Part shown: piece by piece, positions 48,254 to 57,735 of the stretch
Numbering within the stretch: position 1 is the stretch's first letter
Layout: each line of letters opens with the position of its first letter
DNA from: Candidatus Woesearchaeota archaeon
GTDB taxonomy: Archaea > Nanobdellota > Nanobdellia > Woesearchaeales > UBA9642
Direction: 5' to 3'
DNA: 64,000 nucleotides
Assembly: GCA_003599145.1 (NCBI GenBank)
Contig: QZIT01000005.1
Location: 59,502 to 123,501, forward strand
Made by a program: the position numbers and the translations under genes
The notes under the pieces: model-generated
The model's database searches: none
What the model was told of the DNA's origin: nothing
The model's input: the letters and a program-made list of their open reading frames with translations, nothing else

Positions 48254-48859
48254 ATGGGAAAAAAAGAAACCCAAGCAATGCGCTCATTTGTGCAAGGCGT
48301 TTTAGAACAGTCTCCTAGAGTAAAAATACAAAGCACCCTTGACGATAAAATTTTTCTTACAGACTTGCAAACAGGAAACCCTGTTGAAGTGTATCTTCAT
48401 GGCGGTCCAACAAAACAAAGCGACTTTCATATCGAACAGCGATCAGCATACGATGGCAGCAGAGGAGTTATTCATGTTTTCTTCAAAGATGGAGAACACT
48501 ATTTTTTAAAGCTTGCAGATAGAGAATCCTTAAGAGCTGATAAAAGCCTCAAGGTATATACAGTATCCCAAATAAAGCAAATGGTAAGTTTACGCACAAT
48601 TGAAAAATTGGCATTGCGGTTAACAGACACCTTAACCTATTATAGGCCTGAAGAGGAAAACAGGGCGCAAGCAATAGAAGTTTTTCAGATGCTGCCCGTA
48701 ACATTAGACTACAGCCATTTACAGGGAACAAACGAGTTTGCCAGAGGTCAGCGTATTTCCGTTGACTATAAGCTTCCTGATTTATTAAAAAGTATTTTTG
48801 ACGGCACAACTTTGCAAATTGGCTATCATGGAAACAAACTGCTTCCGAAATTTGTATAA
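48254..48859 (+). CDS. Hypothetical protein (201 aa)
   Basis: Long ATG ORF with a correctly spaced TATA box. No motif recognised. Confidence 0.5.
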   Translation: MGKKETQAMRSFVQGVLEQSPRVKIQSTLDDKIFLTDLQTGNPVEVYLHGGPTKQSDFHIEQRSAYDGSRGVIHVFFKDGEHYFLKLADRESLRADKSLKVYTVSQIKQMVSLRTIEKLALRLTDTLTYYRPEEENRAQAIEVFQMLPVTLDYSHLQGTNEFARGQRISVDYKLPDLLKSIFDGTTLQIGYHGNKLLPKFV

Positions 48860-48898
48860 AAAGAAAATTATATAAATTCTTAAGAAAATAAAGAGTGC

Positions 48899-49225
48899 AT
48901 GAAGATTATTTTTATGGCAATAGTGCTGCTTTTTCTTACTGCCTGTTCTTTGGCTCCTAAAAACAGCCCAGAACCCACAGGAAATACAGTTATAGATAAC
49001 AGCTGCGTGTTAAACAGCGATTGTTATGCAACCGGCTGCAACAGAGAAATTTGCTCAACGCAGGAAACAGCATGGTCTGATTGCGAATGGAAACAGGAAT
49101 ACAGCTGTTTATTGAGAACATCCTGCAGCTGCCTCAACCAAACCTGTCAATGGGATACGGCAAACGAGCAATACCAATTCTGCATGAAAGGCGTAGAAGG
49201 CGCAAAGAAATTACAGAAAAATTAA
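48899..49225 (+). CDS. Cys-rich secreted lipoprotein-like protein
   Basis: MKIIFMAIVLLFLTAC lipobox-like signal, then 10 further Cys in CxxxxDCxxxGCxxEIC-type spacing. Confidence 0.5.
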   Translation: MKIIFMAIVLLFLTACSLAPKNSPEPTGNTVIDNSCVLNSDCYATGCNREICSTQETAWSDCEWKQEYSCLLRTSCSCLNQTCQWDTANEQYQFCMKGVEGAKKLQKN

Positions 49226-49662
49226 TACAAAGCAACAATCAGCCCTATAATCATTCCCAGAACACTGCCTACAGCCAGATCAATAATAAAATGCTTCTTG
49301 AGATAATATCTTGAATAGATAATCAACACGGTGAGTATCAATAACAGAACGAATAGACCAGTGCTCAAAGTCAGCCCGACAATAAGTGCAAAAATGATTG
49401 AATTTGGCGCATGCAAGCTCGGAAAGGATGAGGCATTTAACCTGTGCAAAAACTTTTTTGGCTTTTCTTTATCCAATGGCCTATATTTAAAGTAAAAAAA
49501 ACGTATGGTTGCAACAATAACCGTAGATATGCCTAAAGCAATCAGAAGCTTCAAAAAAAGAGTAAAGTCAATAAAGAGTAAAAAGACAAGCGCTATGCCA
49601 TGAAAAATCATGCTTCCTAGCGCAGTGAGATTTTCAAAAAACTCTCTGACAAGATTCATCAT
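49222..49662 (-). CDS. PAP2-family phosphatase (undecaprenyl/dolichyl-diphosphatase-like)
   Basis: Three PAP2 motifs in order: K-Y-R-P (FYFKYRPLD), P-S-x-H (FPSLHA), S-R-x5-H-x3-D (SRYYLKKHFIIDLAVG). Multi-TM protein. Confidence 0.65.
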   Translation of the reverse strand: MMNLVREFFENLTALGSMIFHGIALVFLLFIDFTLFLKLLIALGISTVIVATIRFFYFKYRPLDKEKPKKFLHRLNASSFPSLHAPNSIIFALIVGLTLSTGLFVLLLILTVLIIYSRYYLKKHFIIDLAVGSVLGMIIGLIVALY

Positions 49663-49690
49663 ATGATGAGAAATAAGGGGTTATATAAAG

Positions 49691-50200
49691 TTATGGGTTC
49701 ATTTGGTGCATGCGCCAGACATTTTTTGACCAATCAATTGTTTCTGATAACGCAAGAACTTGAGGCATGTTTGTGATATATTCATTTATGCTTTTTGTAG
49801 TTTTTCTGTACTCTGCCTCTTTGCCTAGCATGAGCAAGGTGTCTTCAGGGATCTGCACCATGGAGCGTTTCATTCCTTGAAGTGTCCATTTCAATGGCAT
49901 TGCAACAGCAGCTCCAGGCCAGTCTCCTACTTGGTAATAGCCGAAAAAATCAACAAAGGGTATGCCGTCTGGATGGGCTCCAAAACTGCCTAAAACAAAT
50001 GTGTAAGGACCTAATTCTTCATGTTTTTTAAAAATGTCTTCAAGGAAATCTTGTACTCCGGATGTTTCAAAAACATCAGGTTTAAAATCTACATCAGATG
50101 AAGAAATTCGTTCATGCCTCAAATAGTCAATTGCAGAATGAGCAACATAAATTCTCACAGGAGGCTTGTTCAAGGGAAAATTAACCGCGGCTGCATACAT
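49691..50200 (-). CDS. Hypothetical protein (169 aa)
   Basis: ATG ORF with no recognisable motif. Confidence 0.45.
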   Translation of the reverse strand: MYAAAVNFPLNKPPVRIYVAHSAIDYLRHERISSSDVDFKPDVFETSGVQDFLEDIFKKHEELGPYTFVLGSFGAHPDGIPFVDFFGYYQVGDWPGAAVAMPLKWTLQGMKRSMVQIPEDTLLMLGKEAEYRKTTKSINEYITNMPQVLALSETIDWSKNVWRMHQMNP

Positions 50201-50256
50201 GTTGTGGAGAACTCTTTTAGAGTTTATAAACGTTTAGAAAAAAAAGAGAAAAAAAA

Positions 50257-50427
50257 TTACTTCATCTTCTTTGCTGCATCCTTGCTTACTACTCTCCAGC
50301 ATTCATGCGTACCAGGTGCTGGCGCTTTTGCAACGACGAAGAATCGTCCTTTTTTCTCAACAAGCTTATATTTATCGGTTTTAAACTTTTTTTTGCTTTT
50401 GACATCAAAAAACTCCATTGTTTCCAT
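50257..50427 (-). CDS. Small basic beta-rich protein (56 aa; not in the ORF track), possible nucleic-acid-binding protein
   Basis: Manual translation: METMEFFDVKSKKKFKTDKYKLVEKKGRFFVVAKAPAPGTHECWRVVSKDAAKKMK. Preceded by AGGGTGAT and a TATA box (aaagtatataaatgg on the minus strand, about 50460-50475). Confidence 0.5.
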   Translation of the reverse strand: METMEFFDVKSKKKFKTDKYKLVEKKGRFFVVAKAPAPGTHECWRVVSKDAAKKMK

Positions 50428-50651
50428 AATATCACCCTACTGCAATAAAACACCATCCCATTTATATACTTTGTGGTGGTCCTATTCAGAAAATGCGCAA
50501 TATTGTTAGCATCAAAAAATAGTAAAAGCAGAAAAAATTCATAAAAAAAAGAAAAAAGTAAGAAGAAACACCCAGAGAAAAAACCACAAGCTTTTTAAAT
50601 AACGTGCATTTCCTTGAAATACAAAAAGGAGTGTACGAGGAGGGTTTAACT

Positions 50652-51938
50652 ATGGCTAAAACTAAAGAACATATAAACATCGTGTTTGTCGGACACGTTG
50701 ATCACGGTAAAAGCACTACGGTAGGTAGATTAATGTACGATTCTGGAAATGTTGATGAACAAGCAATGAGAAAATTAAAGGATAAGGCAAAAGAGCTTGG
50801 AAAAGCAGGATTTGAATTTGCCTTTGTCATGGACAACTTAAAGGAAGAACAGGAAAGAGGAGTGACCATTGATTTGGCTCACAAGAAATTTGAAACTCCA
50901 AAATATTACTTTACGGTTATCGATGCACCAGGCCACAGAGACTTTATCAAGAACATGATTACAGGAGCATCGCAGGCAGATGCAGGCGTTTTAGTTGTTT
51001 CTGCAAATCCAGGAGATGGAGTGCAGGCTCAGACAAAAGAGCATGTCTTTTTGGCAAAAACCTTTGGTGTTCAGCAGATTATTATAGCAATCAACAAAAT
51101 GGACATGGCAAAGTACGATGAAAAAAGATTCAACGATGTTAAAGAGGAAGTTACCAAGCTATTAAAGAGCGTTGGCTATAAAACCGATGACGTGCAGTTT
51201 CTTGCAATAGCTTCCTTCCCGGGAGACAACGTTGCAAAGAAATCTGAAAACATGCCATGGTACAAAGGACCTACCTTGTTGGAGGCTTTGGACAACTTAA
51301 AAATTCCTGAGAAACCAATCAATTTGCCATTACGATTGCCTATTCAGGATGTCTATAACATTACCGGTATAGGCGTTGTTCCTGTAGGAAAAGTGCTTAC
51401 AGGCAAAGTAAAAGTAGGCGATAAAATCGTTGCTGTTCCTGGAAGAGAAGGAAAAGGCGTTCATGGAGAAATGAAGAGCATGGAAATGCACCATGAAAAC
51501 ATGACTGAAGCCCTTCCTGGAGACAACATTGGATTTAACGTTAGAGGATTCAACAAGAAGGATATAGCAAGAGGCGACGTTATTGGACATGAAGACAATG
51601 TGCCAACAGTTGTAAGCGAATTTACAGCACAGATTGTTGTTTTAAATCACCCAAGCGTCATCACCATTGGCTATACTCCTGTATTCCACATCCATACTGC
51701 ACAGGTAGCCTGTCAGTTTACAGAAATAGTCAAAAAGCTAAATCCGGCAACAGGAGAAACCTTGCAGGAAAAGCCAGACTTCATTAAAAATGGAGATGTA
51801 GCCATTGTTAAAGTCAAACCAACGTCACCATTAGTAATTGAGACATTGAAAGAAATACCTCACATGTCCAGATTTGCTGTAAGAGATTCCGGTAACACGG
51901 TCGCAGCAGGCATGTGCATCGAACTCGTGAAAAAATAA
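50652..51938 (+). CDS. tuf: Translation elongation factor EF-1 alpha
   Basis: GHVDHGKST (G1), DAPGHRDF (G3), NKMD (G4); full-length archaeal EF-1alpha. ATG 50652 ([12 protein letters not shown]); the track start 50604 is GTG. Confidence 0.95.
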   Translation: MAKTKEHINIVFVGHVDHGKSTTVGRLMYDSGNVDEQAMRKLKDKAKELGKAGFEFAFVMDNLKEEQERGVTIDLAHKKFETPKYYFTVIDAPGHRDFIKNMITGASQADAGVLVVSANPGDGVQAQTKEHVFLAKTFGVQQIIIAINKMDMAKYDEKRFNDVKEEVTKLLKSVGYKTDDVQFLAIASFPGDNVAKKSENMPWYKGPTLLEALDNLKIPEKPINLPLRLPIQDVYNITGIGVVPVGKVLTGKVKVGDKIVAVPGREGKGVHGEMKSMEMHHENMTEALPGDNIGFNVRGFNKKDIARGDVIGHEDNVPTVVSEFTAQIVVLNHPSVITIGYTPVFHIHTAQVACQFTEIVKKLNPATGETLQEKPDFIKNGDVAIVKVKPTSPLVIETLKEIPHMSRFAVRDSGNTVAAGMCIELVKK

Positions 51939-51991
51939 AAAAAATTTTTATCTTTTCATGGTGAACGTAGGTTTATCATGGGGAAAACCAA

Positions 51992-52303
51992 ATGCAAAAA
52001 GCCAGAATCAAACTAGCCAGCACGGATATTGACAAAATCAATGAAGTGTCTGAGTACATAAAGAATATTGCAGAGAAGACAGGTGTAGTGATGAAAGGCC
52101 CCATACCTTTGCCTACCAAAAAGCTTAGAATTACCACAAGAAAAAGTCCCTGCGGCAATGGAAAAGCATCCTGGGAAAGATATGAAATGAGGGTGCATAA
52201 GCGTTTGATTGATTTGGGCATTGATGAACGCGCATTGCGTTTGGTTATGCGAGTGCAAATTCCTGAAGGACTCAATATCGAAATTGAGATGATTGATGAA
52301 TAA
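51992..52303 (+). CDS. rps10: Ribosomal protein S10
   Basis: [23 protein letters not shown]...[40 protein letters not shown]; the tuf-rps10 pair is conserved. Confidence 0.9.
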   Translation: MQKARIKLASTDIDKINEVSEYIKNIAEKTGVVMKGPIPLPTKKLRITTRKSPCGNGKASWERYEMRVHKRLIDLGIDERALRLVMRVQIPEGLNIEIEMIDE

Positions 52304-52763
52304 TTCTGAACTTGTTCAAGAATTCAAAGAAAAATATCTTGTTCTGGCAAAAAAGCATGGCTTGCCTTCATTTGAAGAGTTGAATACGGAATTTCTTCTT
52401 GAAGATTTTATTCAATTCAAAGGATATGTTCCACAGCTTGTTTTAAGAGCAGTGAGAAATATCTTGGTTGATCATTTTTACCAATGGGTTAATTTTCTGC
52501 ATAACTTTGTCTTTCCCAATCAGCAGTCCTTGATTTATATGAGCGAGCACAACTATCTTACTGAAGAAGATAAAGCACATATTGAAACCATCATCAACAG
52601 GCTCATGTTGGTGAATAGGTATAATATCAAGCTGGATATTGACAAAAATGAGGAAAAGGATGCGTTGTTCATAAAAGAAAAGTATGCAGAATGGCTTCAG
52701 TGGAAATCAGAATTAATTGTTATCACCGATAAGCTTGAAGATTTTTGGAAGAAAAAGAATTAG
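52296..52763 (+). CDS. Hypothetical protein (155 aa) overlapping the rps10 stop
   Basis: ATG 52296 lies 8 nt before the rps10 stop. No motif recognised. Confidence 0.45.
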   Translation: MNNSELVQEFKEKYLVLAKKHGLPSFEELNTEFLLEDFIQFKGYVPQLVLRAVRNILVDHFYQWVNFLHNFVFPNQQSLIYMSEHNYLTEEDKAHIETIINRLMLVNRYNIKLDIDKNEEKDALFIKEKYAEWLQWKSELIVITDKLEDFWKKKN

Positions 52764-52975
52764 CGTTTCACAACCTGAAAGCGTTTATTTCTTTTGACTG
52801 ATTTTAACGCATAATCCGCAATATTCTGTTTTTTTGCCCAAGCATGCGCAGATGCTTCTGTAGAAAACGTTTTAGGTCCGTGTTTTTTTTCAGCAGGATG
52901 AAAAATAGTATAATGCTTATGGGCGCTTCCCAATCCTCTCAAGCGTTTAACTCTGGTGTGAATCTTTTTTGCCAT
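52760..52975 (-). CDS. Small basic hypothetical protein (71 aa)
   Basis: MAKKIHTRVKRLRGLGSAHKHY... from ATG 52975. The longer track ORF (to 53149) would run through the tRNA-Ser gene. Confidence 0.4.
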   Translation of the reverse strand: MAKKIHTRVKRLRGLGSAHKHYTIFHPAEKKHGPKTFSTEASAHAWAKKQNIADYALKSVKRNKRFQVVKR

Positions 52976-53049
52976 GGTGTTTGATTTTTGCAGGGATATA
53001 TAAATGTTTCTAAATTTTTGCAAGAGAAAAAATATTTTAAAAAAAAAAA

Positions 53050-53178
53050 CGCCGTGGCCCGGATTTGAACCGGGATATCCTTGCGGAAACCAGCTCTCAA
53101 GGCTAGCGCAGTACCAGGTTGCACCCAACCAGGGTTGCGGTGCTAGCAAAACCCTGTTTTGCGTTGTGCCACCACGGC
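53050..53178 (-). tRNA. tRNA-Ser (TGA) with a ~45-nt intron in the D-loop
   Basis: Minus strand: gccgtgg-tg-gcacaac[45-nt insert]ctggtactgc-g-ctagc-cTTGAGa-gctgg, then variable arm tttccgcaaggatat, T arm cccgg-ttcaaat-ccggg, acceptor ccacggc, discriminator g. The insert (about 53118-53162) has a 7-bp internal stem cagggtt/aaccctg. No intron in the anticodon loop. Confidence 0.75.
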
Positions 53179-53232
53179 ATATCTATAAAGAAAAAGTAAT
53201 TGTTTTTAAAGGTTGTTAAAAAAAGAAAAAAA

Positions 53233-53670
53233 TTAAAGTTTAGTTTCACTGCTATTTTGATTCTTCAGCTCATCCAAAAACCTTGCATAAGCTACTTGTG
53301 CAGAATCAAAGACAGGGCCTTTGGTATAGTTATAAACAGAAGAAGGACTATACACTTTCAACGTATCAAGCTGCCCATACGGTCTTGCACTGTCAACATA
53401 CTCTTTTTTTCCATTGCTTTCTTGAACTTCAAGAGTAAAAATATGGTCTGCAAAGCCATGGATATTATCGGTAAAATGCCATTGAGCATTTTTTCCCTCG
53501 AGCGTTGTTGTATGTTGAACCATTTCTGCAACAGGCGCTATTTCTTTGTAAAATGCGTCATAGGCATTCCATGTTTGTACAGAGTTATACATTGAATACC
53601 CGACAGTGCCTGCTAAAACCAATACAGCTGTTGCACCTATGACTTTTGGAATTAAAGTATCTAAATCCAT
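53233..53670 (-). CDS. Membrane-anchored hypothetical protein (145 aa from ATG 53670)
   Basis: N-terminal TM segment LIPKVIGATAVLVLAGTVGYSMY. The track ORF extension would overlap the upstream gene. Confidence 0.45.
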   Translation of the reverse strand: MDLDTLIPKVIGATAVLVLAGTVGYSMYNSVQTWNAYDAFYKEIAPVAEMVQHTTTLEGKNAQWHFTDNIHGFADHIFTLEVQESNGKKEYVDSARPYGQLDTLKVYSPSSVYNYTKGPVFDSAQVAYARFLDELKNQNSSETKL

Positions 53671-53674
53671 TTTT

Positions 53675-54541
53675 TCACCTCGTATATGTTTCAAAACCTT
53701 TTTGCAATTCAAACAAAAAATCCATTGCTTTTCTTTGATATTCTCGAGCAAATTGCTCTGAAAGAGCCAATGCGCGGTTTCTCAAGTGCCTTTTATCCAA
53801 GTATGCCTGTCTTGGAATACCGCTATGCGTCATGATAGAAAAATGCTGCTCAAAGTGATGAGTCATTTTCATTCCAATACCAATAGTATTATCGTCTGTA
53901 ACGTATCGCAAAGCATTGCTTGCTGAACGCAAGATTGCATAAAAATAAAGTTCCAATTGTTCACTTGGTTCTGTAAAGTTCAGATCAAATAAGGTATTGC
54001 GCATAATTGAGCTATTCTGAATGGTTTTCCAGCCTAGATAACATCCACGATTCATATCGACAAGATTTCTAAGATTAGCAATTCCTAATTCCCCATAGAG
54101 AAGTTCTACATTATCGACATCTGGAATTTTTTGTATATCGCCTAAAGGCTTTCCTAAATAAGGCATTGCATCTTGCCAGGATCGTTTGACTAATAAAAGA
54201 GGAGAGCGTTTATAGGATTCTTCAGTATGCAAAATGAAATGAATAAAAATCTCATTTTCTTTTTCAGATGCCGGTTTAAAAGGACCGTCTGCAATAGCGT
54301 AAAGAACGTCTGTTTCTTGAGTCTGATTATGTTTAAGCTCTTCAAGAATGCTTTGTAAAGTTGCATATTTATCTTTGGTCATAGGTCCTTGGACAATCAC
54401 AACATTATCAAGGTCATTGATTTTCTCTAGTACTCTCGTTTCAACAGGTTCTCCTATTAAGGTTGCAGATACGATAAAATCAAGCTCCTGCAGTCTTTGT
54501 TGAAGCTGTTTTTGAACCTGAAGAGCTATTTGTTTTGGCAT
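53675..54541 (-). CDS. Hypothetical protein, possibly a Pol-beta-type nucleotidyltransferase fold
   Basis: ATLIGEPVETRVLEKINDLDNVVIV weakly resembles the G-x-x...D-x-D NTase motif. ATG 54541 (the track start 54550 is GTG). Confidence 0.3.
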   Translation of the reverse strand: MPKQIALQVQKQLQQRLQELDFIVSATLIGEPVETRVLEKINDLDNVVIVQGPMTKDKYATLQSILEELKHNQTQETDVLYAIADGPFKPASEKENEIFIHFILHTEESYKRSPLLLVKRSWQDAMPYLGKPLGDIQKIPDVDNVELLYGELGIANLRNLVDMNRGCYLGWKTIQNSSIMRNTLFDLNFTEPSEQLELYFYAILRSASNALRYVTDDNTIGIGMKMTHHFEQHFSIMTHSGIPRQAYLDKRHLRNRALALSEQFAREYQRKAMDFLFELQKGFETYTR

Positions 54542-54645
54542 TTTAATCACTATCTAATAGTATCAAAACACCTATATCAATATATGCCACACCTATAGGT
54601 GTTGCAAATCGAAATTTTTATAAAGAAAGAACGCTATGAAGCTGT

Positions 54646-55353
54646 ATGGACCTTTCAGAACTTGGTTTAAGCGATTATGAACAGAAAGTGTACAGTTCAT
54701 TAGTGCAATTAGGGTTAAGCGCAGCAGGAGAAATAGCCTCGCATTCAGGAGTATCCTATGGAAGAATCTATGAAGTGCTTTACGCATTGCAAAGAAAAGG
54801 ACTTGTAGAAATTGTACCTGAAAAAACAAAGAAGTTTATCGCAAGCAATCCCAAAAACCTTCTGCAATTAATAGAAAAAAAGGAAAAACACCTTGAACAT
54901 ATTAAAAATAATCTGCATCAACTAAAAAAATTCTATGATGAATCAAAAGAACATCCAGTAACCATGGTCATAGGAAAAAAGAACTTCTATAAAGTTACCC
55001 AAGAACAGCCAAAGCAAAAGCAGTATTCCTATACGGTAAGATACATAACTGATCCCCATCCTATGTGGATGAGAGAGCATAAGGAAAATGTAGCGCAAGG
55101 ATTAAAGGTAAAAAGCCTTGTAAGGTATGATAAGGAAACCAAAAAAAACGTTGATAAGTTTATCAAAATGCATCCTGAAGTAAGAAAAATACCCAATGAA
55201 GGCATCGCCATGCACTTACAGGATGATGACTACATGTTTATCGCCATGATTAAATCAAACGTAACCTTAGTTATCAGGGATAAGCCATTTATCAAGCTGA
55301 TGAAGCATTTATTTGAACAAACCTATACAAATGCAGAAACTATCGATACCTAG
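54646..55353 (+). CDS. TrmB-family transcriptional regulator
   Basis: N-terminal wHTH LSELGLSDYEQKVYSSLVQLGLSAAGEIASHSGVSYGRIYEVLYALQRKGLVEIV. TATA box at about -28. Confidence 0.75.
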   Translation: MDLSELGLSDYEQKVYSSLVQLGLSAAGEIASHSGVSYGRIYEVLYALQRKGLVEIVPEKTKKFIASNPKNLLQLIEKKEKHLEHIKNNLHQLKKFYDESKEHPVTMVIGKKNFYKVTQEQPKQKQYSYTVRYITDPHPMWMREHKENVAQGLKVKSLVRYDKETKKNVDKFIKMHPEVRKIPNEGIAMHLQDDDYMFIAMIKSNVTLVIRDKPFIKLMKHLFEQTYTNAETIDT

Positions 55354-55837
55354 CCATATTCAAGTAGCTTTTAATCTCTATTTCCAGTTCGTCTGCGTGC
55401 TGTCTCAGCATCTGTTCGTTTCTGTAGACATAGCCTTTAAACACGTATTTGTCAAAGACCGTCCTTAAAAAATAGTAAAAGGGCTTGCTGTCCCATCGTC
55501 CTTCATAATCAGTTTCCAGAAATGCATCCATGACTATAGTAATATTGCATGACTGCAAGGGCTCAGTGCTTCCTTCTACCTGAACGTCTTTCAAATGGGC
55601 AAAAAGCATATTAAGCTTTATTTTTAGCTGGGTATAGTCGCTGATTTTCTTATACGGAATAATCTCGATAATAATCTGGCGTTCATTTTCACGTACTTCC
55701 TCAAAGTTTTTCAGTTCATTTTTATCATAGCCTCTTTGCCTGAAAAAGTCATCAATCATCTTATAGAAAGCTGCAATATTCACCAATCCAGTATAGCGGA
55801 TTGTTTTATCCCTGAAAACCGTTCTGTTCTCTACCAT
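55340..55837 (-). CDS. Hypothetical protein, paralog B of a tandem pair
   Basis: Aligns with the upstream 171-aa protein (IRYTG...FYKMIDDFFRQRGYD / FLETDYEGRW / SYLNM). Its start overlaps the upstream stop (TGATG). Confidence 0.5.
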   Translation of the reverse strand: MVENRTVFRDKTIRYTGLVNIAAFYKMIDDFFRQRGYDKNELKNFEEVRENERQIIIEIIPYKKISDYTQLKIKLNMLFAHLKDVQVEGSTEPLQSCNITIVMDAFLETDYEGRWDSKPFYYFLRTVFDKYVFKGYVYRNEQMLRQHADELEIEIKSYLNMARYR

Positions 55838-56352
55838 CAGTATGCTCCTTTATCAGTGCTCATATTTAAAAATGTTTTTACTTGCTCTCCTAATCCATAC
55901 ACGCGATAATACAAATCATCGCCATACTTCAAAATCCACTCCCATTTGAGTATTTTTTTCATGAGGAGCTCTCCAAATAGTTTAGATATTTTTCCTTTAA
56001 ACCTGTTTTGCCAGTCAAGCTCCAAAAAGCAAGAAAGTCGAATTTCCAATCTTGCTTTCGTCATGGTCTTTTTAACGCCATTAACAACCACTTCTACTTC
56101 AACAGCATCTCTTGTATGAAAATAGAAGAAAAGGTGCTGTTTTATGTATTCTGTTTCTTTTCTATCGCACTCCCACTCTATTTCTGCTTCGCTTCCGCCA
56201 TGAGTGTCTGGTTTATCCTTATACCTTTTTTCATGAAAATCATACCCTTCTCGAATAATCCAATCATACATAAAGCGGTAAACTCCGTCAAAGTCGAAAA
56301 TGCCATTATAGAGTATGCGTATCGGCTCATTCAGAGGAATCTTTTCACCCAT
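55837..56352 (-). CDS. Hypothetical protein, paralog A of a tandem pair
   Basis: IRILYNG...VYRFMYDWIIREGYD / FLELDWQNRF / TFLNM parallel the downstream paralog. Confidence 0.5.
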   Translation of the reverse strand: MGEKIPLNEPIRILYNGIFDFDGVYRFMYDWIIREGYDFHEKRYKDKPDTHGGSEAEIEWECDRKETEYIKQHLFFYFHTRDAVEVEVVVNGVKKTMTKARLEIRLSCFLELDWQNRFKGKISKLFGELLMKKILKWEWILKYGDDLYYRVYGLGEQVKTFLNMSTDKGAY

Positions 56353-56647
56353 GCTCTATCAGAGAAATTGTCCTATTTAAAGCTTTAGGTTTTAGATAAG
56401 AAACATAAGAGAACGAAAATAGGAGTCATCAATTTTTCTGAAATCTGCATCTATTAATTCTTCTTTTAGAAATTAAGAAGTTTTTATTAAACTGTTTAAC
56501 AGAATTACTTCCTGAGTGCAACCAGTTTCTTGCAAGCACGACACTCTCCATAGTATCATGAAAATCAGTATCCCGCTGCGTAACATTCTTCCAAAAAAAA
56601 CAAGCTTTAAATAGGAATAAATCTCTTTAAACCTCTTGAGGGGGTAT

Positions 56648-56902
56648 ATGAAAAAAACTTTTTTGTGCAGTATAGGTATTCATGCGTGGAATAAACCTGT
56701 TTTTCTTGACTCTGGCATTCATTCAAGTGTAAGGGATTATAGGCAAGTTTGTAAGAAATGTGGGAAGAGAGTTACCTGGGTTCAACCAAAAAACCTTGAT
56801 GTAAGATTTTATCCTAAATACTGGGGGCATAGATTAAACTGGTTGTCTATACTATTGATTTTACTTGCAATTGTTATTATTATCGTGCTAATAAAAGGTT
56901 GA
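56648..56902 (+). CDS. Small Zn-ribbon membrane protein (84 aa)
   Basis: ATG 56648 preceded by GAGGGGGT. CKKCGK motif and C-terminal TM segment LSILLILLAIVIIIVLI. Confidence 0.4.
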   Translation: MKKTFLCSIGIHAWNKPVFLDSGIHSSVRDYRQVCKKCGKRVTWVQPKNLDVRFYPKYWGHRLNWLSILLILLAIVIIIVLIKG

Positions 56903-56907
56903 ATGAT

Positions 56908-57186
56908 ATGAAATATTTTACAAAGTGTGGTGTTTGTGGAATTCATATTGAATTAGATGATTTGCCACAAAACCCAGTCCCTATCATTAATATTTATTTG
57001 GGTAGAAGATTAGTCAATACTTACTGTTCTTTAGAATGTCTTAAAAAAAAGTTTAAACAGGTAACTGTGCCTGTTATTAATCATATTTGGTTTTTTAAGT
57101 ATAAAACAAAAATGCATGTTTGGATTAATCGAAAAAAACCTAAAGTTCATTATAAAGTAATATTTACAAGTATTCAATACGGGTAA
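56908..57186 (+). CDS. Small Cys-containing hypothetical protein (92 aa)
   Basis: MKYFTKCGVCG...CSLEC; first in-frame ATG at 56908 (the track start 56899 is TTG). Confidence 0.35.
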   Translation: MKYFTKCGVCGIHIELDDLPQNPVPIINIYLGRRLVNTYCSLECLKKKFKQVTVPVINHIWFFKYKTKMHVWINRKKPKVHYKVIFTSIQYG

Positions 57187-57248
57187 TTTTTTTGTTCGTA
57201 TAAGAAAATAACAAGATTTAAAAAAATCGCTTATGTATAAAGAACGGT

Positions 57249-57698
57249 ATGGCTAAATGCGTTAAATGTGGTGGTTATGCGAAGCGTAAAGGCTGGAAAT
57301 GCTCTGCTTGCTATACTGCTGAAAACAAACCCGCAGAACCAGTACAGGTGATGACTAAGAAAGAAGCAAAGGCCAGAAACAAAGCAACATCACGAGCAAT
57401 AAAGCTAAATGATGCGTTAAGAAAAAAAGGCATAGGAACCATGTTAGAATGCCCTGATGGACACAAACGCGTCGATATCCGAATATGGAAGTACAAGCTT
57501 GATTTAGAAGTTGATGGCGTACAACACAACACGAGCGATGTTCAAGCATTAAAAGACTTACAAAGAACTTGCGGCTCATTAGAAAAAGGGTTTGTTACGG
57601 TGAGAGTGCCTAATGTCTTGGTGGATAAACAACTTGACAAGTGCATAGACATAATACTCAAAATAATAGAAACAAGACAAAAAGAAAGAAAAACGTAG
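57249..57698 (+). CDS. Zn-ribbon plus DUF559/Vsr-like endonuclease-fold protein
   Basis: N-terminal CVKCGG...CSAC. C-terminal RVDIRIWKYKLDLEVDGVQHN...DLQRTCGSLEKGFVTVRVPNVLV matches the DUF559 pattern (D...E-x-DG-x-x-H...D-x-x-R...G-x-x-V-x-R). Confidence 0.55.
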   Translation: MAKCVKCGGYAKRKGWKCSACYTAENKPAEPVQVMTKKEAKARNKATSRAIKLNDALRKKGIGTMLECPDGHKRVDIRIWKYKLDLEVDGVQHNTSDVQALKDLQRTCGSLEKGFVTVRVPNVLVDKQLDKCIDIILKIIETRQKERKT

Positions 57699-57735
57699 AA
57701 AGATTTTCGCTCATACAGTGGATATTCAGACATCT

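Noticed and set aside
50114-50509. 131-aa plus-strand ORF
   Set aside because: It overlaps the 5' end of gene 49691-50200 and the whole 56-aa basic-protein gene in antisense. It has no promoter or SD and a low-complexity composition.
52976-53149. N-terminal extension of the 129-aa track ORF (52760-53149)
   Set aside because: The extension overlaps the tRNA-Ser gene (its GFEPG-type peptide is translated tRNA). A shorter 71-aa ORF from ATG 52975 is retained at low confidence.
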